Positions 1 to 7,792 of a stretch of DNA of 10,244 bases are shown here, one piece after another. The stretch is from Armatimonadota bacterium. Its GTDB lineage: Bacteria > Armatimonadota > Armatimonadia > Armatimonadales > Armatimonadaceae. Positions within the stretch are counted from its first letter, which is position 1. Each line of letters opens with the position of its first letter. Position numbers and translations under genes: made by a program. The DNA is taken from positions 1 through 10,244 of the forward strand of contig JAYUUO010000198.1 of NCBI GenBank assembly GCA_043754515.1. The letters run 5' to 3'. The notes under the pieces were generated by a model, which saw nothing but the letters and a program-made list of their open reading frames with translations, made no database searches and was not told the DNA's origin.

Positions 1-93
1 CACGCGGTCGCGGCGGGGGAGCGATTGTCGAGGTTGAGTCGGGAATGCGACGCCGATAAAGCAGTTTCGGTACAGGAAGAACTATCCCCATGA
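1..93 (+). CDS. Probable 3' end of an upstream gene (partial, product unknown)
   Basis: Frame +1 is open from base 1 (HAVAAGERLSRLSRECDADKAVSVQEELSP) to TGA at 91-93. This stop overlaps the next gene's ATG (90-92) as ATGA, the usual translational-coupling arrangement. Too short to identify. Confidence 0.45.
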   Translation, partial: HAVAAGERLSRLSRECDADKAVSVQEELSP

Positions 94-1529
94 ACATGAT
101 GCCCTTTGTAATATTCCTATGCATCGTCGCCGCCATCGCGCTTGCCGTTTGGCTCGCCCGGAAGCGGAACGCCGCCCGAATCCAACGTCAAGTCCATAAC
201 ATCAATCAGGGGTATGAGTACATGGAGCGCGCGAGGAAATCCTTCGAGCGCGGCGATACGCTGGCTCAAGGGAGGTACTCCCGAATCGCCGCGCAGTATT
301 TCACAGAAGCCGAACAATGGCACCTCGCTGATCTGATGACGGCGCAGGCACTGGGTAAAGAGTGGCATCATCTGGAGGCGGCTCAAACCCTTGAGAACGC
401 GCTACGACGCCTTCCTGTGCGTGCCACGCAGGGAGACACAGATCCCTATTTTCTTGACGTCGAAGAGGGGAGCGATTCATCATCGTCACCAGACCTACCG
501 GAAACCGTCCTCGACAGCGAACGGGCGCGGATTCTCTGCCGGCAAGCCAGTTTCTATCGCATGGGGGGTTGGCACAGCCGCGCCTATGAGTTAGCAGGAA
601 AGGCACTTATCGCCGGAGCCGCCGAAGTAGTGGGAACGGTGGCACTGCGGCAGATGGCTCAACTCGCCGCGTATGCACGGGATTGGAAGGTAGCGGAGTT
701 ACATGCCGAGAAGGCGGCGACTCAGAGCGAAACCGCCGCGGACCGCTCCGAGGCAACTCAAACGCTGGCGTTCATCCGACATTCCCAGGGGCGATTAACC
801 GAGGCACTGTCACTTAATGAAGGATTGATAGAGCAGGAGGGTACCGGACCGAAGGTCTACTCTCAGGCCGCGGGGCTACTACAAAATTTGGGCCGGTTCG
901 ACGAAGCCGCGACAAGAATACAGGCGGCCATGTCGCGAGTCGGGGAAAGCCGCCCCACGCTCGTGACCACGAGCGGGGCTTTGTATTGTATTCAACTCGC
1001 GGAGATACGCTTCTTCCAGGAGCGGTATCCGGAGTCGGCGGAGTTGCTCAACGCGGCACGGGGCGCCTACCCGGCCCATCACATCATCGGCGCGTACACC
1101 GCCGGTGCATCGCTCCTTTTAGATGCCGCCTCCCGGTCCGTGCCGCCGGACGTCATTCGCTCCAGGGCGCGGGAGCTGGTCGCTGATTTCGACAAGCGTA
1201 TGGAACGCATTCCGTCGCCGGTAGACGCTTTACGGTACTACTTCGACTCACTCCTTTTCGTGGCACAGGCACTGATTGCGTGCGGCGACGCGGACGAATG
1301 TTTCGCGATCCTTGACCGGTACTCGCCCGTCGAACTCCTGCCCGTGTCGCAACCGCGCTATTACTACCTGCGCGGGATGTGCCACGAGATAAAGAGCGAC
1401 CTTCCCGCCGCGGCCACTGCCTACACGAACGCGACCCACACCGAATGTGATCCTGCCGAGTGGTACGTGACCCTCGCGAGCCGGCGGCTCACCGCTTTGA
1501 GCGATGGCACCGCTTCCGCCGTACAATAA
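90..1529 (+). CDS. Membrane-anchored tetratricopeptide-repeat-like helical protein (479 aa)
   Basis: The N-terminal hydrophobic helix (FVIFLCIVAAIALAVWL) is followed by a basic patch (ARKRNAAR). Repeated TPR-like pairs follow, e.g. QTLAFIRHSQGRLTEALSLNE, SQAAGLLQNLGRFDEAATRIQAAM, IQLAEIRFFQERYPESAELLNAAR and YYLRGMCHEIKSDLPAAATAYTNA. No catalytic motif recognised. Confidence 0.8.
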   Translation: MNMMPFVIFLCIVAAIALAVWLARKRNAARIQRQVHNINQGYEYMERARKSFERGDTLAQGRYSRIAAQYFTEAEQWHLADLMTAQALGKEWHHLEAAQTLENALRRLPVRATQGDTDPYFLDVEEGSDSSSSPDLPETVLDSERARILCRQASFYRMGGWHSRAYELAGKALIAGAAEVVGTVALRQMAQLAAYARDWKVAELHAEKAATQSETAADRSEATQTLAFIRHSQGRLTEALSLNEGLIEQEGTGPKVYSQAAGLLQNLGRFDEAATRIQAAMSRVGESRPTLVTTSGALYCIQLAEIRFFQERYPESAELLNAARGAYPAHHIIGAYTAGASLLLDAASRSVPPDVIRSRARELVADFDKRMERIPSPVDALRYYFDSLLFVAQALIACGDADECFAILDRYSPVELLPVSQPRYYYLRGMCHEIKSDLPAAATAYTNATHTECDPAEWYVTLASRRLTALSDGTASAVQ

Positions 1530-4038
1530 ACCCGTGTATGCCGCCATCGTCGTTGACACCGACGCGCCGGGACTGCGACAACCGTTCACCTACCGCGTCC
1601 CCCCGGACCTGCTCCGTGACTGTCAGCCCGGCGCGTGCGTCGTGGTGCCGTTCGGGAAACAGACCGTGATCGGTTACGTCTGCGCGCTCGCCGACGCCCT
1701 GCCGCCCGGTCTCGACGCGGCCGCCGTTCGCGATGTCGCCGCCGCCGTCTCCGGAAGCGGGGCCGGAATCGAGCCTGCCGTGCTGGAAACGGCGCGATTT
1801 CTGGCCCGCAACTACTTCTGCGATCTCGCGCAAGCCGTGCTGTCCGTCGTCCCGACCGCGCAGGCGGCGCACACCCAGAAGCGGTACCGGCTTGCGGACG
1901 GCTTCGAGACGTTGCTACCGGACATTTCCACGAAGTCACACCGCGAGGTAATCCTCGCGCTCTCCAACCTGCCCGAACGCGCGGCGACCGAGGAAGAACT
2001 GTCCGCGCTACTCGGCGGGGCGCGGGTGACGTCGCCGATCACGATTCTGAAGGCGAAGGGCGTGCTGAGCGAAGAGTGGCGCGTTTTGCCCCCGAAAGTA
2101 TCCGCGAAACGGGTCCGGGCGGTACGCCTGCTGGTGAACTGGGACGATGCCGAGATTGAATCGGCGCGGCGCGAGGGCGACAAGAAAGCGACGCAGGCTC
2201 TGCTCCTGCGCAAGCTGATCGAGATCGGTGGCGGCCCGCTCCCCCTACCCGAAGCGCGCGCGATGGGCGCGACGGACGCGGCGGTGAAGCGGCTGGAGGC
2301 GGACGGATTCGTCGCCGTGGAGAACATCGAGGTGCGCCGCCGCCCGTTCCGATTCGACGCCGGGGCTGCGGTCGCTCCAGTTCTAATGGGCGAGCAGGAG
2401 GTCGCGGTCGCCGACATCAAAAGTCGGCTCGACTCCGGCAAGACGAACGTCGCGCTACTGTACGGCGTCACCGGCTCCGGCAAGACCGAAGTTTATCTGC
2501 GGGCGATTGCCGAAACGCGGCGGCGCGGACGGACCGCACTGGTGCTGGTGCCCGAGATCGCGCTGACGACGCAGGTTGTGGAGCGGTTCCGCGCCCGCAT
2601 CGGGGATCGGGTGGCGATGCTCCATTCCGGGCTGTCGCAGGGCGAGAAGCGCGACGAATGGGAGCGGATCGCGCATGGCAAGGCCGACGTCGTCGTCGGG
2701 GCGCGATCCGCGCTGTTCGCGCCGCTCGCGAATGTCGGCCTGATCGTGGTGGACGAAGAGCACGAAAGCTCCTATAAACAGGACCAGCCCGCGCCGCGCT
2801 ACCACGCCCGCGAGACCGCCATCGCCCGCGCGGAAGTGACCGGCGCGACGGTGCTACTCGGCTCGGCGACGCCCGCCGTGGAATCGTTTTACAAGGCGGA
2901 ATCCGGCGCGTGGGGGTTTCTGCCGCTCCGGGAACGCGCCCTGTCCCGCCCGCTCCCGCCCGTGGAAGTGCTGGACCTACGCGAGTTGTACAAACAGGGC
3001 ACGCCGGGCATGTTCGCGCCGCAACTGATCGAGGCGATTGCCGATCGTTTGACGAAGGGTGAGCAGACGATTCTGTTCCTGAACCGGCGCGGCTTCGCGA
3101 TGTTCCTGCTCTGTCGCGACTGCGGGTACACGACGCGTTGCCCGCACTGCGACGTTTCGCTCACCTTCCATCAGGCGGCGCACAAACTGACCTGTCACCA
3201 CTGCGGCTATGAGCGACGCGCCCCGGAAACATGCCCCGGTTGCCACGGTACGCGCCTGAGACCGTTCGGAATCGGCACGGAAAAAGTAGAAGCTGAGGTG
3301 CGCAAACTGTTCGAGACGGCCCGCGTTCTGCGCATGGACCGCGACACGACGGCGAAGAAGGACGCGCATTTGGCGATGTTGCGCACTTTTAGGGATGGGA
3401 ACGCCGACATTCTGATCGGGACGCAGATGGTAGCGAAAGGGCTGGACTTCGCCGGTGTGACGCTCGTCGGCGTGATCTCGGCGGACACCGCGCTGAATAT
3501 GCCGGACTTCCGCGCTTCGGAGCGGGCGTTCCAACTGCTGACGCAGGTGTCGGGGCGCGCCGGACGCGGGTTCCGGCCGGGACAAGTGTTCGTGCAAACG
3601 TTCAACCCGGAACACGAGTCGGTCGCCGCCGCCGCTAAGCACGACTACGAGACGTTTTACCGAAAAGAAATCGGGCATCGGCGTGAGCTAGCTTACCCGC
3701 CGTTCACGCGCCTCGTCAACGTCGTGTCGCAGGACGAAGATGTTCGCGCCGCCGAAGGGCGATTGCGCACGTTAGCGGCTCGGCTCGGCGCGGACAAGAA
3801 GAGCGACCTCGGCGGGCCGCTACTACTCTTTGGGGCAGGCGCGGACGGCGACATCGCCCTGCTCGGCCCCGCGCCCTGCCCCCTGTCGCGCCTGAAGAAC
3901 AAGTACCGCTGGCACCTGCTCCTGAAGACGACGGACATGGATCTGTTGCGGGGGCGACTCAAGGAAGCGTGGTCGTTCCTGTCACAGACCGACCGGGTGG
4001 GCCTGACGATAGACGTTGACCCGCTGAGCCTGATGTGA
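1504..4038 (+). CDS. priA: Primosomal protein N' (replication restart helicase PriA)
   Basis: The N-terminal 3'-binding-domain pattern is present (FTYRVP..., VVVPFG...IGYV). Helicase motifs: Walker A GVTGSGKTEVY, LVPEIALT, GARSALFAP, Walker B DEEH, GSATP, ILIGTQMVAKGLDF and QVSGRAGR. Four CxxC pairs (CRDC, CPHC, CHHC, CPGC) and the C-terminal LGPAPCPLSRLKNKYRWHLLLK...IDVDP are also present. An alternative in-frame start, GTG at 1534 (MYAAIVVD), would remove the overlap with the upstream gene. Confidence 0.97.
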   Translation: MAPLPPYNKPVYAAIVVDTDAPGLRQPFTYRVPPDLLRDCQPGACVVVPFGKQTVIGYVCALADALPPGLDAAAVRDVAAAVSGSGAGIEPAVLETARFLARNYFCDLAQAVLSVVPTAQAAHTQKRYRLADGFETLLPDISTKSHREVILALSNLPERAATEEELSALLGGARVTSPITILKAKGVLSEEWRVLPPKVSAKRVRAVRLLVNWDDAEIESARREGDKKATQALLLRKLIEIGGGPLPLPEARAMGATDAAVKRLEADGFVAVENIEVRRRPFRFDAGAAVAPVLMGEQEVAVADIKSRLDSGKTNVALLYGVTGSGKTEVYLRAIAETRRRGRTALVLVPEIALTTQVVERFRARIGDRVAMLHSGLSQGEKRDEWERIAHGKADVVVGARSALFAPLANVGLIVVDEEHESSYKQDQPAPRYHARETAIARAEVTGATVLLGSATPAVESFYKAESGAWGFLPLRERALSRPLPPVEVLDLRELYKQGTPGMFAPQLIEAIADRLTKGEQTILFLNRRGFAMFLLCRDCGYTTRCPHCDVSLTFHQAAHKLTCHHCGYERRAPETCPGCHGTRLRPFGIGTEKVEAEVRKLFETARVLRMDRDTTAKKDAHLAMLRTFRDGNADILIGTQMVAKGLDFAGVTLVGVISADTALNMPDFRASERAFQLLTQVSGRAGRGFRPGQVFVQTFNPEHESVAAAAKHDYETFYRKEIGHRRELAYPPFTRLVNVVSQDEDVRAAEGRLRTLAARLGADKKSDLGGPLLLFGAGADGDIALLGPAPCPLSRLKNKYRWHLLLKTTDMDLLRGRLKEAWSFLSQTDRVGLTIDVDPLSLM

Positions 4039-4121
4039 TGGTTCCGTGGATGTTGCAACAAGGAAGGGCGGCTCTTGCAAAAGACACAGGACGCGATGGC
4101 CAGACGCCAATTTTTCGATGA

Positions 4122-4175
4122 TCACCTGGCGATTGCTTGATGACGGGCAAGTAACACTAGCTGGATAGGAGCCAC
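4122..4175 (-). pseudogene. Putative stub of a GNAT acetyltransferase toxin (TacT/AtaT/KacT-like), 17 codons
   Basis: GTG (4175-4173) directly abuts the antitoxin TAA (4178-4176) and reads MAPIQLVLLARHQAIAR*. The first 12 residues resemble the 'I.L..L..HHDR..F.CG' opening of these toxins, but the DR..F.CG part and the GNAT core are absent. Only 137 bp separate the antitoxin stop from the convergent priA stop. Confidence 0.5.
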
Positions 4176-4475
4176 TTACGCCCCGAGACCCGCGCTCTGG
4201 TATCGCTCGGCGGCACGAAGGAGTGCCGGAGTCGGTTCGGCGTCTTCTTCAAGGAGTTCCAGAAACCGCTCCGCGTCATGCTGGGAAAGGATAGTCTTCT
4301 CGTGCGTGTCAATCACGGTTTTAGCCCGTTCGACAAGAGTCGTCTCGGCGAACTGTGTCAGACTGACGCCCTCGAGTTGAGCCGCTTGTTCGACGAGTCG
4401 CCGGTTCTGGGGCGGCATTCGCAAATCGAGACGTGCCACCCGCCCTGCTTCTGTTGTGTGAGTTGTACTCGCCAT
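4176..4475 (-). CDS. DUF1778 family ribbon-helix-helix type II antitoxin (TacA/AtaR/KacA-like), 99 aa
   Basis: The sequence shows the RHH pattern ARLDLRMPPQNRRLVEQAAQLEGVSLTQFA and then ERAKTVIDTHEKTILSQHDAERFLELLEEDAEPTPALLRAAERY. This matches the family's 'L.....F...L..P..P...L..A' C-terminus and its typical length. Confidence 0.92.
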   Translation of the reverse strand: MASTTHTTEAGRVARLDLRMPPQNRRLVEQAAQLEGVSLTQFAETTLVERAKTVIDTHEKTILSQHDAERFLELLEEDAEPTPALLRAAERYQSAGLGA

Positions 4476-4498
4476 GGTATTTTTGCTTTACCACGGCG

Positions 4499-4517
4499 GT
4501 ACGTATTTTGTACGTAC
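4499..4517. promoter_or_regulatory. Palindromic operator upstream of the DUF1778 antitoxin
   Basis: GTACGTA-TTTTG-TACGTAC is a perfect 7-bp inverted repeat (GTACG-N9-CGTAC) lying 23 bp upstream of the antitoxin ATG in an AT-rich patch. RHH antitoxins are known to autorepress via palindromes at their own promoter. Confidence 0.7.
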
Positions 4518-4553
4518 GAAACTATCCTCTTGAAACCCAGTGCCCAGCGCGGG

Positions 4554-7349
4554 CTACGGCTTCGACCCGCCGAATAGCACGGCGGAAAGGAACATGCGCC
4601 GTAGCCCGAGGCTCATGTACCGCTCCGTGGGGTCGTTGAGAAACAGAATAAGGTGACCCGAGCCGGTCGGCTCGTCTACCACGTAGGCCGTGCCCGCGAG
4701 TAGCTTTTCCGTGTTGTCGTCCCAGACGAAGCCGGAGAGACGGGAAGGCGACTTCGCGGCGAACGTTACCACATTCGCGCCCGTGTCCGACTTGCGCCAG
4801 AACGTGTCGCCGGAGAGCGGGACTGGGATCGTGCCGCCGCCGTAGCCCCAGCCGAGGAAGTGGTCGGCGCGAACCGTGGCGCGGAAGATGGCTCCGGGGA
4901 GCGACACGGGCGACTCCGGCTTCTCCTTGCTTTTCTCGTCCGTCTTGTCGCTTGCTTTCTCGCCCACCTTACCGCCCGTTCTCTCGCCGACGGGGCGGAC
5001 GGAACTCCAGTCCGCGTCCTTCGTCGTCAGCCACTTCGCGCCGCTCCCGAGTCCGATCAGACACCTGCCGTCCGAGGCCCACTCCTTGAGTGCCGCGATG
5101 TCTTCCTTCTTTAAATCGCGGCGGTAGTTGCCTTCGGGCAGGATCAGCACCGTGAACGCCGCGCGTGCTTCGGCGTTCTTCAGGAAGTGGATCGCGACCA
5201 GCGTGAACGCGACGCCGGACTGGGCGAGAGTGAACGAGACGCTACCATAACTGGTCTGATTTATGCCGTCGCCGGTCACAACCGCGACGCGCGGCGCGGC
5301 CACGGGCGAGATGTGCTGAGAACCCAGCCCCGCGTCGTTCGCGCCGCTCCCGCCACCGGTGTTCGGGATCGCCTCGACCGCGACGCCGAGCGACTTCGCC
5401 AGCGCGTCCAGCCGTGGCGCGAGATCCGCCGGGTTGCGGGACGGGCGTAGGAACAGCGTTCCTGCCGGGTAGCTCTTCCGGTTGACAGTGACCGCCTTCT
5501 GCGTGACGGTTAAGCGGAAGCCGGATTGCGCCAGGCGCAGTGCCAGCATCACCGCGTTATCTGTCGTAAAAGGGATCGCGAACGCTGCCGCCGGGCCAAC
5601 GTCGCCCGCGATCCCGCCGCCCGCAAGGGTGGGGGATACCGATACCGCATCGGCATCCAGTGTGAGCGAGCGGGTGCCGGTCGGCGCGATGGGCGGCGCG
5701 TCGGCGGTCGCGTCCAGGCCGTAGAGCAGAGGCAGACTCCACGCCGTCGTGTCATAAAACTCGTACTCCTCGGTCGGCTCGTTCGTGTTGCGCGTGTCGT
5801 TGCACTTGCGCTTAGCCGCCTGCACCTTCGCGAACTCCGGTTCGACCGTGGTGTCACGCTCAAGTAGAGCCTTCGCGAGGTGCCCTTGTGGTTGGGCGTA
5901 GTCAATCACGAGCGACCCGATCGGGAATGTTCGCGCGGCGGTGATCGCGGATGCCTCGTAGGTGGTCGCCTTCAGCGTGAACGGCGCGATCAACTCGCGA
6001 ACCTCGACGCCGAGTCGGAGCAGTAGTGACGCCAGTTCCCGCGCGCGTCCGGGGTCGCGGGTGGCGGAGATCAATACCCGCCCGCTCTGTGCTAGCGCGG
6101 AGCGTCGGTAGGCAGTGAAGTCGCGAAGCAACGCCTCGCGGTTCGATGACGCGGTCTGCACGGTCGCGAGAGCGGTCTCGAAATGATGCGCGGTGGCGTC
6201 CCGGAGCGTGGTCAGGCTACCATCAGACTTGCGCGTCACCAGATTCCCGCCGCCGTCGGTCTCGTAGGTCATCCCGATGGCACCGCAGAGCGTGGTGAAC
6301 GAGTCCAGGTAGCCGGGGTAAAAGAAGTCGTACGTCTCGCGGCTCACGAAGGGCCAGCCGTGCGCGTCGAAGACGCGTCCGTTGGCGTGCCCGAACGTCT
6401 GTGTCCAGCGGGCGACGCGGGCGGGGTCCACGTTGGGGTTGGTTGCCTGGGCGTTCGGTGGGAAGAAGTAGACCTCCGGCTCGCCGTGCTGATCCGCGAA
6501 AACCTGGGGAAGCCAGCGCAAAAACTCCCGCGTCTCCTGCCGCGTCTCGGGCTGCGACTGCGCGACTTTGTCCCGGTTCATGTCGAAACGGTTGTGGTTG
6601 AACCGCCCCTGCGCGATCCACGGGGTTTCGTTCTCGAACGCCCAGCGGTCCGCGCTACCAGTCGCGGTCGCGTTCAGCGAGACCACGAACCGCTCATGCC
6701 CGTCGGGGTTGAAAACCGGATTAAGCAGCACCACCGTGCTGTCGCGGGCGGCGTTCATCCCCGGGGAGTCGCTTGCGGCGAGTGTGTAAACGGTCGCCAT
6801 GGCGGTCTCAAAGCTCGCCGTTTCGCCGCCGTGGATACACTCGTTGATCCAGACCAGTGCGGGCGCGGTTTTCATGATCGTCTCGGCGTCGGTGGGCGAC
6901 AGGTCACGCCCGTCCGCGAGTCGGAGGTTCGCGGCCCGGATCGCGTCGAGGCGGGTGATGTTGGCGGGGGACGAAATGGCGAGAAGTCTGAGCGGCCTGC
7001 CCTCGACCGATTTGCCGTACTCCCACAGGCGTACGCGGTCCGGCGCGGCGGCGGCGATGGCGAGTAGCACGCGCTCCTGGTCGCGGAATGTCGAGTGCCA
7101 GGTCCCGAGCGGGTAGCCGAGGATCGCGTCCGGCTTCGGGACATCGGCGCGGTATGGGGCGCGGGTGTAGAAGTCGTACGGGGCGTCCCGAACACCGGTG
7201 CTTTTAACGGCTCGCGCGATCCGCGCGGCCGCGTCGCCCGCGAGTTCTGTTTGCGCGACAGCGGCGTTCCCCGCGATCAACGCCGCGCCCGCCACTAAAC
7301 CTATATTCCCGAACACTGTGCTTAACCGGGCGATGCTAAACCGCCGCAA
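4554..7349 (-). CDS. Secreted M14-family zinc carboxypeptidase-like protein with C-terminal extension (~931 aa)
   Basis: M14 motifs: YGKSVEGRPL, zinc-ligand HxxE (CIHGGE), NPVFNPDG, FDMNRD, third ligand DQHG and catalytic-Glu region GMTYET. The family-typical FYDTTAWSLPLLYG and a C-terminal alpha/beta domain (VLILPEG...LKEWASDGRCLIGLG) follow. I prefer TTG at 7349 (GGAAG upstream), which gives a signal peptide MRRFSIARLSTVFGNIGLVAGAALIAGNAAVA|Q. The ORF track start is 7379. Confidence 0.88.
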   Translation of the reverse strand: MRRFSIARLSTVFGNIGLVAGAALIAGNAAVAQTELAGDAAARIARAVKSTGVRDAPYDFYTRAPYRADVPKPDAILGYPLGTWHSTFRDQERVLLAIAAAAPDRVRLWEYGKSVEGRPLRLLAISSPANITRLDAIRAANLRLADGRDLSPTDAETIMKTAPALVWINECIHGGETASFETAMATVYTLAASDSPGMNAARDSTVVLLNPVFNPDGHERFVVSLNATATGSADRWAFENETPWIAQGRFNHNRFDMNRDKVAQSQPETRQETREFLRWLPQVFADQHGEPEVYFFPPNAQATNPNVDPARVARWTQTFGHANGRVFDAHGWPFVSRETYDFFYPGYLDSFTTLCGAIGMTYETDGGGNLVTRKSDGSLTTLRDATAHHFETALATVQTASSNREALLRDFTAYRRSALAQSGRVLISATRDPGRARELASLLLRLGVEVRELIAPFTLKATTYEASAITAARTFPIGSLVIDYAQPQGHLAKALLERDTTVEPEFAKVQAAKRKCNDTRNTNEPTEEYEFYDTTAWSLPLLYGLDATADAPPIAPTGTRSLTLDADAVSVSPTLAGGGIAGDVGPAAAFAIPFTTDNAVMLALRLAQSGFRLTVTQKAVTVNRKSYPAGTLFLRPSRNPADLAPRLDALAKSLGVAVEAIPNTGGGSGANDAGLGSQHISPVAAPRVAVVTGDGINQTSYGSVSFTLAQSGVAFTLVAIHFLKNAEARAAFTVLILPEGNYRRDLKKEDIAALKEWASDGRCLIGLGSGAKWLTTKDADWSSVRPVGERTGGKVGEKASDKTDEKSKEKPESPVSLPGAIFRATVRADHFLGWGYGGGTIPVPLSGDTFWRKSDTGANVVTFAAKSPSRLSGFVWDDNTEKLLAGTAYVVDEPTGSGHLILFLNDPTERYMSLGLRRMFLSAVLFGGSKP

Positions 7350-7755
7350 TCTGCTTCCGAAGCCCCTCGAAATAGTCAACCAGATCGTTTCCCTTCACGC
7401 CGTCCGTCACGCGCTTAATTAGCTTTTGGAACGGGAATACCTGCAACCCGCCGTCTCCGTAGGGGAAAACGACCGACGACTCGGTGTAGTCGTCCGTGAA
7501 CCGCCAGGTGCCACCTAGCACCCGCGCCATCGTCTCGCCCAGGTAACAACCCGCATAGAAGACGGTCAGTTCCGTCGCGCGTTCGGGGGTAGCGGGATCG
7601 GCGAACTTCGGGTCGGACAGCCGGATCAGTGCTTCGAGTGCCCACGCGGAGCGTTCGGAAAAGTCGAGCCGGGACGCCATCTCCGCGTCCCCGGCGCGTA
7701 CCTGCGCGACCAGCGATTCGGCGTAATCGCGGACATTGTTGTCGTCGAGTTTCAT
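7336..7755 (-). CDS. Hypothetical protein, 139 aa (resembles DUF3806/DUF6278-type small helical proteins)
   Basis: It has an ATG start and high-GC codon usage. The motif string LDFSERS...AGCYLGETMARVLGGTW...VFPFQKLIKRV recurs in small uncharacterised proteins. Its stop overlaps the peptidase start region. The family name is tentative. Confidence 0.75.
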   Translation of the reverse strand: MKLDDNNVRDYAESLVAQVRAGDAEMASRLDFSERSAWALEALIRLSDPKFADPATPERATELTVFYAGCYLGETMARVLGGTWRFTDDYTESSVVFPYGDGGLQVFPFQKLIKRVTDGVKGNDLVDYFEGLRKQIAAV

Positions 7756-7764
7756 AGAGCGTCT

Positions 7765-7770
7765 AGTGTA
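7765..7770 (-). promoter_or_regulatory. Candidate -10 element (TACACT) for a near-leaderless transcript
   Basis: The minus strand reads GG-TACACT-AGACGCTCT-ATG, so the hexamer is 9 nt before the start codon at 7755. There is no Shine-Dalgarno and no clear -35. Confidence 0.4.
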
Positions 7771-7792
7771 CCGCGTTCGCGGAGTCGCGGAG

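Noticed and set aside
1812..3678. Long minus-strand ORFs (223 aa, 233 aa) inside priA
   Set aside because: They are antisense shadows of a clearly identified gene and have no recognisable domains.
3959..4150. 63-aa minus-strand ORF downstream of the antitoxin as the cognate toxin
   Set aside because: It has no GNAT acetyl-CoA-binding motif, is too short, and overlaps the priA 3' end.
4536..4553. Weak hairpin after the peptidase stop (CCCAGTGC...GCGCGGG)
   Set aside because: The stem is short and imperfect with only a few T residues following on the minus strand. That is not enough to call a terminator or a REP copy.
6183..7067. 294-aa + strand ORF
   Set aside because: It lies antisense to the M14 catalytic domain, is Arg/Gly/Val-rich and has no motifs. 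This is a typical shadow ORF in high-GC DNA.
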